NCBI RefSeq assembly: GCF_018336915.1
Contig: NZ_CP064923.1
Span: 614,185 to 638,184 of the forward strand
DNA: 24,000 nt
Direction of reading: 5' to 3'
Source of the DNA: Acaryochloris marina S15
GTDB taxonomy: Bacteria; Cyanobacteriota; Cyanobacteriia; Thermosynechococcales; Thermosynechococcaceae
Of this stretch, positions 7,652 to 16,142 are shown one piece after another. Made by a program: the position numbers and the translations under genes. The notes under the pieces were generated by a model, which saw nothing but the letters and a program-made list of their open reading frames with translations, had not been told where the DNA came from and did no database searches. Position 1 is the first letter of the stretch, and every line of letters starts with the position of its first letter.

Positions 7652-9478
7652 ATGCACGCATTTGGCTCACAAATTATTCCAGTCAGTAATACTGAAATCT
7701 TGATCATTGAAGATGATATTCAAGATGTCGAAATAGTGACGCGGTTATTGGGGAAGGAAAAACAAAGTTCCATCATGCTCAATCATTGCCCAACGTTGCA
7801 TGCTGGTTTGAATACCCTAAGAGATCAATCCACAATTGATCTGATTTTGCTGGATTTATCTCTATCTGATGCTCAAGGACTGGAGACATTTCGCAAAATC
7901 CATGATGCTTTTCCGAATATCCCTTTGATTATTCTGAGTGGTAATAGTGATGAGCGGCTTGCCTTAGAAGCAATGCAACAAGGTGCACAGGATTTTCTCG
8001 TCAAAGGACGATTTGACAGTACAGTTCTGACCCGCGCGATTCAATATGCAATGGAGCGTCAGCATCAGCGTCTGGAGCTTGAATACAAGAATTTGGCCTT
8101 AAAAGCACTATCGGATCAGCTGGCAGTGGCTAACCTAGAGCTGGAGAGGCTGGCTGCCGTAGATAGTTTGACTCGTGTCTTCAATCGGCGACGGTTTGAT
8201 GAGGTGTTTCTAACGGAGTGGAATCGCTTACTCCGCGAGGAGAAACCTTTGTCTTTGATCATGTGTGATGTTGATCATTTCAAAGCTTACAACGATACCT
8301 ATGGTCATCAAGCCGGTGATTTATGTTTAGAGAAAATCGCCCAAACAATTGCTAAAGTTGCCAAACGTCCGGCAGACTGTGTTGCTCGATATGGCGGGGA
8401 AGAGTTTGTCGTTGTACTTCCCAATACGGACATCAGCGGGGCCAACCATGTCGCAGAATCCATCCGGGGGGGCATCCATAATCTCAACCTACCGCATTCC
8501 ACCTCTCCGGTTAGTAACCGCATCACCCTGAGTTTGGGAGTAGCATGTCAAGTGCCGGATGAGGCGATTGCTCCCTCTTTGTTGATTGAAGCTGCTGATC
8601 GAGCCATGTATACGGCAAAAGCAGGTGGCCGGGATCGCATCCAGGTGCACTATGCTGATTGCGCCGTTAATCTTCAGTCTCGACAAACCTTGCAGTGGGT
8701 GAGTCGATTACGGGATGCCCTTGAGCATAATCACTTTGAATTATATGCCCAGCCGATTCAGGCTTTACAAGCAGAATCGGCTGAGCCTTGCTTTGAAATT
8801 TTGCTGCGCTTATGCGATCAGCCAGGTATTGTCTGTTCTCCCGGCATATTTTTTCCCGTTGCCGAGCAGTATGATTTTATGCCCCGTATTGATCGCTGGG
8901 TGATCAAGCATTTGTTTGCAGACTTAGGAGAAATTAATTCCTTAATGTTGCAAGAAGCGATCTTTTTCGTTAATTTGTCCGGGGCAACGTTTAAAAACAT
9001 GGAAATTGCCTCTTTTATTGCAGAACAGCTCGCCCGGCACAATTTAAGACCAGAGCAATTCTGCTTTGAAGTCTCAGAAACAGTTGCCCTGAAAAATATT
9101 GAAGCCGCTGCTCAACTGACAAGAGCCCTCAAGGATATGGGGTGTAAAGTTGCCTTAGATGATTTTGGCAGTGGCTTGTCTTCGTTTACCCATTTGAAAA
9201 AGATCCCTGCTGACTTTGTCAAAATCGATGGCTCTTTTATTCGAGGAGTGGTTGACGATGATATGTCTAAGGGCGTGGTGGAAGCAATTCATCATGTTTC
9301 GAAAATTATGGGTCTGCAGACCATTGCGGAGTATGTAGAATCGCGTGCCATTCTAGATCTGCTCAATGACTTTCATATTGACTTCGCCCAGGGTTATTTC
9401 TTTGGACCTGCCCGACCTTTGGTTGACACCCTCGCGACTTGGCAAACGACCGCTTATACCGAGCGCTTGTCTGCTTAA
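7652..9478 (+). CDS. Response regulator with c-di-GMP turnover output: REC-GGDEF-EAL
   Basis: 608 aa. REC: ILIIEDD, LILLDLSLSD, ILSGNSD. GGDEF domain has GGEEF at nt 8393-8407, preceded by the I-site-like RPAD five residues upstream. EAL domain: EILLRL (EAL position), NLSG, FEVSET, ALDDFGSG, KIDGSFI, IAEYVES, QGYFFG. Confidence 0.95.
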   Translation: MHAFGSQIIPVSNTEILIIEDDIQDVEIVTRLLGKEKQSSIMLNHCPTLHAGLNTLRDQSTIDLILLDLSLSDAQGLETFRKIHDAFPNIPLIILSGNSDERLALEAMQQGAQDFLVKGRFDSTVLTRAIQYAMERQHQRLELEYKNLALKALSDQLAVANLELERLAAVDSLTRVFNRRRFDEVFLTEWNRLLREEKPLSLIMCDVDHFKAYNDTYGHQAGDLCLEKIAQTIAKVAKRPADCVARYGGEEFVVVLPNTDISGANHVAESIRGGIHNLNLPHSTSPVSNRITLSLGVACQVPDEAIAPSLLIEAADRAMYTAKAGGRDRIQVHYADCAVNLQSRQTLQWVSRLRDALEHNHFELYAQPIQALQAESAEPCFEILLRLCDQPGIVCSPGIFFPVAEQYDFMPRIDRWVIKHLFADLGEINSLMLQEAIFFVNLSGATFKNMEIASFIAEQLARHNLRPEQFCFEVSETVALKNIEAAAQLTRALKDMGCKVALDDFGSGLSSFTHLKKIPADFVKIDGSFIRGVVDDDMSKGVVEAIHHVSKIMGLQTIAEYVESRAILDLLNDFHIDFAQGYFFGPARPLVDTLATWQTTAYTERLSA

Positions 9479-9491
9479 GATCATTGAAGGT

Positions 9492-9512
9492 GAGCGGTGG
9501 GACACACCGCTT
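9492..9512 (+). terminator. Possible stem-loop 14 nt after the REC-GGDEF-EAL stop codon
   Basis: GAGCGGTG-GGACA-CACCGCTT gives an 8-bp stem including one G:U pair. No U-tract follows (CTGAAATATTCC), so it is not a canonical intrinsic terminator. Confidence 0.3.
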
Positions 9513-9632
9513 CTGAAATATTCCTTATGACTTCTTTGTATTCCGTAGCAGAAAGTAACGGCTAGCGTCTTGCATTCTAGGTTTGAGCATCATTAAGATG
9601 TTTTTAAACTTTCGAGTGAAAGTGAGTCTGCC

Positions 9633-10193
9633 ATGCATGTTGGCGAGGCATATCTGCAAACCTTATCCCTCAATAAAAACGCGACCTTTGATGAAGTGCG
9701 GGAAGCCTATCAGGATCTGGTAATGGTTTGGCATCCCGATCGGTTTTTGCATAATCCTCGCCTCTATAAAAAAGCGGAAGCCAAACTAAAAGAATTTAAC
9801 CAAGCCTACTCCTACTTAAAATCTCATCAATCTCGGTCTCGTAAAGCTGCGCCCCATCAACCGAAGACTGCTCCACCTGCGCGATCCAAAACACCGAAAA
9901 AGCGCCATGGTATGGCTTGTCCTTGGTTAACCTTTAGCGATGCTGCCTATATTCTCAATCACTACTCTTTTGAAGCAGTAGCACCCAAAGCTGCGGGGCA
10001 CCAAACTTTCCATAGTGGGCCTTTTGTTTTAGATATCTGTAATCAGCCTGCAGAGGTGATTCTTTCAGTTCCTTGTGATTCGGTCCATGCCTTTGATCGG
10101 ATTTTGCTGTCTATTCCCTGCAAGTCCCAAGGTCATTTTCAGCAAGAAGAAGCAAAACAGTTGCTCCATTTGCTGCAGGATCAAGGTCGCTAA
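9633..10193 (+). CDS. J-domain (DnaJ-like) protein with basic linker and uncharacterised C-terminal domain
   Basis: 186 aa. The N-terminal J domain has TFDEVREAYQDLVMVWHPDRF (HPD tripeptide). A Lys/Arg/Pro-rich linker follows (SRSRKAAPHQPKTAPPARSKTPKKRH), then about 95 aa with no motif I recognise. Confidence 0.8.
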   Translation: MHVGEAYLQTLSLNKNATFDEVREAYQDLVMVWHPDRFLHNPRLYKKAEAKLKEFNQAYSYLKSHQSRSRKAAPHQPKTAPPARSKTPKKRHGMACPWLTFSDAAYILNHYSFEAVAPKAAGHQTFHSGPFVLDICNQPAEVILSVPCDSVHAFDRILLSIPCKSQGHFQQEEAKQLLHLLQDQGR

Positions 10194-11026
10194 CAGCTTA
10201 AGCTGGGCAATCCCCTGGCTTGCGCTAAACTCGCTAATTCCCAGTCGGCTTCCTCCAGGCAGGTTTGGTTGAACTGGGCCCGATGGAGCCGGGCTCCCCG
10301 TAAACTGGCTCGCCGCAAATTTGCTCCGGTGAAGTTCACCTTACTCAAATTACTCCAAGCTAGGTCTATCTCTTCGGCATTGATATCTGTGAAGTTAGCC
10401 CGAACTAGATAGGCTTGACTACAGTGGGCTGCCCGCAGGTTGGCACGACTAAAATCTGCCCCATACAAATAAGCTCCTGTTAAGGTCGCATAGCTTAAGT
10501 TCGCCTGACTTAAGCCTGCCTGAATCAGGTTGGCTGCTGCTAGTTCTGCAAACCTTAAATCTGCTCTGTGGAGCTGGGCTGCTTCTAGTTCTGCTCGCCG
10601 AATATCTGCATGCTTTAAACTACAACCGACCAAGTTGGCTCGACTCAGTTCAGCTTCTAGCAAGACTGCTTCGTCTAAATCACCGCCAATTAAATTTGCA
10701 TCTCTAAGATCGGCCCCTTGCAACTGAGCATGGTGGAGGTTGATGGCAACACCTTCAATCCTTGTGAGCTGGGCTTCGATTAAGTTGGCACCACACAAAA
10801 GACTGTTGCTTAAGTTGACGCCTGTTAAGTTGGCTCCGCGTAAATTAGTGGATGTCAAGTCTGTATGGCTCAGGTCGAATGCCTGTAAATCCATTTGCCC
10901 TAGGTTACAGCCTGCAAGATTAGGAGACTTCTGGCTATGGTCCTGTCGCCACCGATTCCAAACGTCAGGGCCACGATATAAAAGGGCTAGATGTTCCCCT
11001 GCCATAGCAATCTTGTATTTGCTCAT
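10190..11026 (-). CDS. Pentapeptide-repeat protein (right-handed quadrilateral beta-helix family)
   Basis: 278 aa. From about residue 40 to 250 it is almost entirely A(D/N)LxxA-type pentads (ANLTGVNLSNSLLCGANLIEAQLTRIEG...ADLRDANLIGGDLDEAVLLEAELSRANL...). Confidence 0.95.
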   Translation of the reverse strand: MSKYKIAMAGEHLALLYRGPDVWNRWRQDHSQKSPNLAGCNLGQMDLQAFDLSHTDLTSTNLRGANLTGVNLSNSLLCGANLIEAQLTRIEGVAINLHHAQLQGADLRDANLIGGDLDEAVLLEAELSRANLVGCSLKHADIRRAELEAAQLHRADLRFAELAAANLIQAGLSQANLSYATLTGAYLYGADFSRANLRAAHCSQAYLVRANFTDINAEEIDLAWSNLSKVNFTGANLRRASLRGARLHRAQFNQTCLEEADWELASLAQARGLPSLSC

Positions 11027-11031
11027 CTCAG

Positions 11032-11673
11032 CTATTCATTGCGATTACCGCCTAGAGGCTCGCGTCCAGGGACATGCTCAAGGGCATCCACTACAGCCAC
11101 CGCTGCCGTTTTGATATCTCGTTCAGCTCCTCCCAAGTATAGTCGGCCAAAACTACCCACAGAGGTGATTTGTAAAATGTTGATCAATGCTGCTTTTTCA
11201 GCTTCATTAGCGGCAAGAGAGGCATAGGCCGCGGGCTGAACCTCCATAACATAGAGGGCCTGACCTGATAGCAGCATGTTGCCTCGGCTATTACGATTAA
11301 TCAGTTGGGCATGGTGGGGATCTATATTGCGAATGATCTGGCTAGAGATTATTTGGGGGCTTAATCGTTCATTTTGTTTGACCCCTAGTGCTTCTAGCAT
11401 GGCTCGACCTGCGGTTTGGGTCTCGGCTTGGCTACTGGCATGCACTTCCAGAACACCGTATAGGCGTTCCACCATCTGTACACCGGGGCGGACCACAGCC
11501 GCTTTAAGGGCAACATCCATGATCCGATTGATTTCAATCCCAGGGGAAATCTCTAACCACAGGGAGGTGTCGCCGGGTAAAGGTAAAAAACCTACTGCGA
11601 CCTTGCCCATATAGGCAGCATGCTGAGCTTGGAGGCTATCTAAGTAAACATAGCTGCGTAATTCAACACCCAA
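11032..11673 (-). CDS. ccmP: Carboxysome shell protein CcmP (tandem BMC-domain, BMC-T)
   Basis: From TTG at 11673 (AGGAG lies 9 nt upstream) the 213-aa product starts [23 protein letters not shown]. It contains [26 protein letters not shown] and [26 protein letters not shown]. This matches my recollection of CcmP in both length and sequence. The track start (GTG 11730) adds 19 non-conserved residues. Confidence 0.8.
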   Translation of the reverse strand: MGVELRSYVYLDSLQAQHAAYMGKVAVGFLPLPGDTSLWLEISPGIEINRIMDVALKAAVVRPGVQMVERLYGVLEVHASSQAETQTAGRAMLEALGVKQNERLSPQIISSQIIRNIDPHHAQLINRNSRGNMLLSGQALYVMEVQPAAYASLAANEAEKAALINILQITSVGSFGRLYLGGAERDIKTAAVAVVDALEHVPGREPLGGNRNE

Positions 11674-11820
11674 AATAAAAGTCTCCTGTCGATGAAAAAT
11701 AAGTCCCGACGGATCGCCAAGGGCGACCACATCTGCACGAGGTGTTAGAGAGAGTCTCCATTGATGTATGAAACCACAGAACCGTCCTTTGAGTGGGTTT
11801 TTCCTCTGGTGGCAGGGGGA

Positions 11821-13041
11821 TTAATCCTGGTGCCCTATCGCTTGGGCAGCTAGCCAGGCAGTGGTCCAGGCATTTTGAAAGTTAAATCCACCGGTGATGC
11901 CATCAATATCGATGACTTCGCCGGCAAAATGGAGTCCTGGACAACAGCGGCTTTCCATGGTTTTGAAGTTGATCTGTTTGAGGTCGACCCCACCACAGGT
12001 GACAAACTCGTCTTTGAATACTCCTTTACCCAGGACCTGAAACTTTCCTTGGGTCAGCTCTTGCAGTAGCGATCTCAATTGCTGTTTCGATACATCAGCC
12101 CAGCGCTGTTGCGGAGCAATCCCAGCAGCAGTGATCAGTTTTTGCCAGAGGCGTTGGGGCAATTTGACTGGGCAGTGATTTGCGATCGCACGTTTGGCAA
12201 CGGCCGTTCGAGTTTTCCCCAATAGCTGGCGCAGGTCTTCATAGGAGTGATGGGGCACCCAGTTCACCGTCAATTCCCCCTGGTATCGACTTTGATGAAA
12301 GGCCCGAGCCCCCCAAGCGGAGAGTTTCAGGACTGCAGGACCACTCAACCCCCAATGGGTGACTAAGAGCGGCCCCCGCTGATCAAACTTTTGATCTCCC
12401 ACGGTTAACCGTAACTGCACTGGAGCAACCGCGATACCGGCTAAGTCTTGCAATCTGGAATCCTTGATTTTGAAGGTAAATAAGGACGGCACGGGTGATA
12501 CGAGGGTATGGCCGAGTTGCTGGGCGAGGCGATAACCGAGGGGATGACTGCCCGTGGCCAGGAGAATGCGATCGCACCGAAGTTTCTCCCCAGATTTGCA
12601 CTGAATTGTGAACTGAGCCTCGTGGTGGATATGGGTCACCGACACCCCTGTTCGCACCTGAATTCCCAAGGTCTTGGCTGTCCGTTGCAGGCAGGCAATA
12701 ATCGTTTCCGAATCATTCGTTTTGGGAAACATGCGGCCATCGGCTTCTGTTTTTAAGGAGACGCCGTGGGATTGAAACCAACGTACCGTATCTTGAGGCT
12801 GAAACCGACTAAACGCGCCTCTCAGGGCCTTAGATCCACGGGGATAGTTGCCCACGAGTTGAGTGGGTTCAAAGCAAGCATGGGTGACATTGCAGCGCCC
12901 GCCCCCTGAGATCCGGACCTTAGAGAGCAATTGCCCACTAGCTTCCAAAATCATAACTCGGGCTTGGGGATGGGCTTCTGCACAGGCAATGGCCCCCCAG
13001 AATCCGGCAGCTCCCCCGCCAATGACGACAATATTCACCAC
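11821..13041 (-). CDS. NAD(P)/FAD-dependent oxidoreductase, HI0933/YhiN (BaiN-like) flavoprotein family
   Basis: 406 aa. Rossmann motif VVIGGGAAGFWGAIACAE, family-typical RISGGGRCNVTH, and C-terminal FAGEVIDIDGITGGFNFQNAWTTAW. Confidence 0.8.
   Translation of the reverse strand: MVNIVVIGGGAAGFWGAIACAEAHPQARVMILEASGQLLSKVRISGGGRCNVTHACFEPTQLVGNYPRGSKALRGAFSRFQPQDTVRWFQSHGVSLKTEADGRMFPKTNDSETIIACLQRTAKTLGIQVRTGVSVTHIHHEAQFTIQCKSGEKLRCDRILLATGSHPLGYRLAQQLGHTLVSPVPSLFTFKIKDSRLQDLAGIAVAPVQLRLTVGDQKFDQRGPLLVTHWGLSGPAVLKLSAWGARAFHQSRYQGELTVNWVPHHSYEDLRQLLGKTRTAVAKRAIANHCPVKLPQRLWQKLITAAGIAPQQRWADVSKQQLRSLLQELTQGKFQVLGKGVFKDEFVTCGGVDLKQINFKTMESRCCPGLHFAGEVIDIDGITGGFNFQNAWTTAWLAAQAIGHQD
12182..12189. 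repeat. HIP1 octamer GCGATCGC
   Basis: Exact match read from the sequence. Confidence 0.95.
12568..12575. repeat. HIP1 octamer GCGATCGC
   Basis: Exact match read from the sequence. Confidence 0.95.
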
Positions 13042-13068
13042 GTCTTTACACCTAAAATTAGGTGAAAT

Positions 13069-15003
13069 TTAGGTCTGAGATGGGTTCTGCAAATAGGCAT
13101 CTATGGCGTCTGATGCAACTTCAGTTAAGGTTTTGCCTTGCTCACTGGCCGTTGTCTTCAGACGATCATAGACATCTTCCCGAAGGTTGACCCGATGGCG
13201 GACTCGAGCGTTGCTGCTAGGAATTTTGCCTGTTTGCGTCGCCGGATCATAGGTATCCATGAACTGGCGTAGGGCATCAAACCCGATGCGATCGCAAAAA
13301 TCACCAAAGCTTTCCGTGGTTTTGCTCTTTTGCTTAAAGAAAACTAAGAGCGGTTCTAGAGTCGTCTCCAGCTCGTCTATCGGCATGACTTCGAGGAAAG
13401 TTCTCGCTAACCGAGTCTGATTCGGACTTCCCCCTAACCAGAGCTGATAAGCTGTCGGCTTAATCCCCACAAATCCTAGCTCGGCCATATAGGGACGAGC
13501 ACAACCATTCGGGCAACCCGTCATCCGAATGACAAAATGCTGTTCATTGAGCTCTAGCTTATTCAGCAGGATTCGGATGCGATCAATAATACCGGGGATG
13601 GCGCGTTCCGATTCTGCGATCGCCAATCCGCAGGTAGGCAAAGCTGGACAAGCCATGGCATAGCGAACCAGCGGATCAATTTCCGTCTCTGCCAGCACGC
13701 CTGCATTTTTCAAAATGCCTTGAATGGCCGCTTTGTTATTGGGCTGAATATTGTAAATAATCAGATTGTGATTGGCCGTCAGCCGCATGGGCAGATTGTA
13801 CTGCTGGGTAATTTGACGCAGCGCTGACTTCAGCTGTAGCTTGCCATTATCAAAGACCCGGCCATTTTCAATCGAAATGCCCAAAAAGAGCTGGCCATCC
13901 CCCTGTTCATGCCAACCTAAGTAATCTTCATACTTAAATTCAGGCAGGGGTTGGCTAGGAGCGACGGATTTACCAAAATACTGTTCAACAATACTGCGAA
14001 ACTTATCAATCCCCCAATCATTGATGAGGTATTTCATGCGGGCATGGCGACGCTGTTGACGATCACCATAATCGCGTTGAGTCGCTACGATCGCTTTGAC
14101 TAAATCGTAGACATCTGCTTTGGCAACATAGCCCAAAGGCTCGGCAATCCGAGCAAAGGTTTCTTCCTTATTGTGAGTGCGGCCCATACCGCCACCCACG
14201 AACACATTAAATCCCTGGAGTTGTTCTTGGTCATCCAATATGACGACTAAACCCACATCCTGGGTATAGAGGTCGATAGAGTTGTCTCCCGGCACGGTAA
14301 CGGCAATTTTGAACTTCCGGGGCATGTAATGCTCCCCGTAGATGGGCTCTTCTTTGTCGTCTAAATTGGTGCCGTTGGTATTGCGCTGTCGAGCGGCTTT
14401 AACATCAGGATGTTCTTCAGCCGATACAAACTTTTCTCCATCCAACCAGATCTCATAGTAGGCTCCGGTTTGGGGCGTCAGTAGGTCTGCGATCCGGTCA
14501 GCATACTCTTGGGCATAGGTATAGGCCGGTCGGTTGGTATAGGGAGCCGGGGGAGCCATCACATTACGGTTCAAATCCCCGCAGGCCCCTAGGGTTGAGC
14601 CCATACTTCGAATGATGGCGGCCATGACCGTTTTCAGATTTTGCTTGATGATGCCATGAATCTGAAATCCCTGCCGTGTCGTTGCCCGCAGCGTGTGATT
14701 TCCGTAGGTCTCACTCAATTCTTCTAGGGTGTTATATAGTTCAGCTGGAATGAATCCACCCGGACTTCGGGTTCGCAGCATAAACTGATAGTCTTTTTCC
14801 TGCCCTTTTTTTCGATTGTCGCGATTGTCTTGCTGATATGAGCCATGAAATTTAAGGATCTGAATGGCTTCTTCTGGCAAATTTCTCGCATCCGTCTGGA
14901 GTTCTGCAATTAACGGATGGCGCAGATGATGACTTCGCTCTTTAATCCCTTCCAATTTGGAAAGTTTAGGTGGAGTCGGTTGTTTAGGGGGAGCATTGAC
15001 CAT
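13069..15003 (-). CDS. sir: Assimilatory sulfite reductase, ferredoxin-dependent (siroheme/4Fe-4S)
   Basis: 644 aa. [19 protein letters not shown] and [12 protein letters not shown] resemble the CysI/Sir N-terminus. Cluster cysteines are [11 protein letters not shown] and [10 protein letters not shown]. The length fits Sir (about 630 aa) rather than NirA (about 510 aa). Confidence 0.9.
   Translation of the reverse strand: MVNAPPKQPTPPKLSKLEGIKERSHHLRHPLIAELQTDARNLPEEAIQILKFHGSYQQDNRDNRKKGQEKDYQFMLRTRSPGGFIPAELYNTLEELSETYGNHTLRATTRQGFQIHGIIKQNLKTVMAAIIRSMGSTLGACGDLNRNVMAPPAPYTNRPAYTYAQEYADRIADLLTPQTGAYYEIWLDGEKFVSAEEHPDVKAARQRNTNGTNLDDKEEPIYGEHYMPRKFKIAVTVPGDNSIDLYTQDVGLVVILDDQEQLQGFNVFVGGGMGRTHNKEETFARIAEPLGYVAKADVYDLVKAIVATQRDYGDRQQRRHARMKYLINDWGIDKFRSIVEQYFGKSVAPSQPLPEFKYEDYLGWHEQGDGQLFLGISIENGRVFDNGKLQLKSALRQITQQYNLPMRLTANHNLIIYNIQPNNKAAIQGILKNAGVLAETEIDPLVRYAMACPALPTCGLAIAESERAIPGIIDRIRILLNKLELNEQHFVIRMTGCPNGCARPYMAELGFVGIKPTAYQLWLGGSPNQTRLARTFLEVMPIDELETTLEPLLVFFKQKSKTTESFGDFCDRIGFDALRQFMDTYDPATQTGKIPSSNARVRHRVNLREDVYDRLKTTASEQGKTLTEVASDAIDAYLQNPSQT
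13288..13295. repeat. HIP1 octamer GCGATCGC
   Basis: Exact match read from the sequence. Confidence 0.95.
13616..13623. repeat. HIP1 octamer GCGATCGC
   Basis: Exact match read from the sequence. Confidence 0.95.
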
Positions 15004-15274
15004 GAGGAAATAGGCAGTTGATGACAGTGATTAGGTAGCGAATCGAACGATTTCTACCCTTGAAAAAACGCTAGGCTGACGTAAATATATCCGAGCAATT
15101 CCAACGCGGAGATATTTAATGCCCGGTAAGTCGGTCGGGATATCGATGAATCATCTCTTATCTTATCACTGCTTCTTTTGAGCAAACCGTGACAGACACT
15201 AACAATGCCATAAGTGATTCCCCATCATCAACACTGCTGCTTAAGCTTTTTTACCAGCCCAGCTCTTCCCAGGA

Positions 15275-15307
15275 TTAATGCACACTAGCGTCGCTAGTGT
15301 GCATTAA
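15275..15307. repeat. 33-bp perfect palindrome TTAATGCACACTAGCG-T-CGCTAGTGTGCATTAA
   Basis: Two 16-nt arms are exact reverse complements around a single central T. It sits in the sir-accD gap, 272 nt upstream of the sir ATG and 74 nt beyond the stop of the small minus-strand ORF ending at 15381. Confidence 0.9.
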
Positions 15308-15380
15308 CTTCATCTAAAACTCAAAAATGCTTAATAGAAGACCCGTCTAATAATGTCCCAAAGATTAGCCGATGGTGGTG

Positions 15381-15560
15381 CTAGCGTTGGGGATCGTGAT
15401 TGGGCAAACACTGTCTCATCCAACACCGGTTTAAATAATCAATGCGATGATGTTGCCAAAAACGGCCTGGATTGAGAACCAGTTTAATATCCGAATGGAA
15501 TAAGGGCTGATTGAGATATTGCCAAACGGGAAACCAATTTTGATGAGACTTAGAAATCAT
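15381..15560 (-). CDS. Small ORF, 59 aa, Trp/His-rich, unknown function (possibly the distal half of a decayed gene)
   Basis: My translation: MISKSHQNWFPVWQYLNQPLFHSDIKLVLNPGRFWQHHRIDYLNRCWMRQCLPNHDPQR. It falls just under the track's 60-aa cut-off. It is in frame with a 34-aa ORF (15567-15671), separated only by TAA ACT GTC. Confidence 0.2.
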   Translation of the reverse strand: MISKSHQNWFPVWQYLNQPLFHSDIKLVLNPGRFWQHHRIDYLNRCWMRQCLPNHDPQR

Positions 15561-16142
15561 GACAGTTTAGGGTGTTGGGTGACTCAAGCGTTTAATCCAG
15601 GCAGGCGCAGCATCGGGAAGCCCTTGTACAGGTTCCATATCCTTAAAAAGCCCAATCTTAATAACTTTCATGAAGAATGAAGAGATCTCATAGGGATCCC
15701 CAGAAGTTATGTAAAATCCAGCCCAAGCAGATGGCAAAGGTGCTTGTCCAGCTGATCGTGATTTGGAATAAAAGACGCGCTCCGTATACGCTTAGAGTGC
15801 CCATAAATGTCGTAACATTTGTCACTGAATTTCTGCGATTCTGAAAAACTTTACAAACGACAAAATATTTAAGACGCCAAGTACCAGCGACAAAGTTTAT
15901 GATTAATTAATAATTTCATTACAAAGTCCACAAGCGATTCGGCCATAGTGGAGGATGGGTTATTTCCTCACAGCCAATCCTGTGAATAACGGGTAAGGCC
16001 AAACTGTATTCGTTCCTAGGCAAACCGGGGGAGACTTTGTCGTTGGATGTCTCGAATGGGAGAGGAGAACGGTAACCGAATGCCCCCATTGCTGCGGTCT
16101 TGCAGATGCTGAATTCATTTTTAAGAGGAATCGAGCGTTTCC

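Noticed and set aside
10530-11227. Three plus-strand ORFs (65, 124 and 78 aa) antisense to the pentapeptide-repeat and ccmP genes
   Set aside because: Their Ala/Ser/Lys/Leu-rich products are what the reverse complement of periodic A(D/N)LxxA codons yields. The sense-strand genes are far better supported.
11674-11730. GTG-initiated 19-codon extension of ccmP
   Set aside because: The conserved CcmP N-terminus ([12 protein letters not shown]) begins at TTG 11673, which has an AGGAG at proper spacing. The extension would contain that ribosome-binding site.
13047-13062. Short inverted repeat CACCTAA-AA-TTAGGTG between sir and the flavoprotein gene
   Set aside because: It has a 7-bp AT-rich stem with a 2-nt loop inside a 27-nt intergenic gap. 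It is too weak to call a terminator or operator.
15940-16142. Comparatively GC-richer, hairpin-prone stretch upstream of accD considered as a riboswitch or sRNA
   Set aside because: I could find only short local stems (for example GAGAC/GTCTC and AATGGG/CCCATT). There is no match to any riboswitch or cyanobacterial sRNA consensus I know (TPP, cobalamin, glutamine, guanidine, SRP, 6S). It is most simply a 5' UTR. A covariance-model scan (Rfam/Infernal) would settle it.
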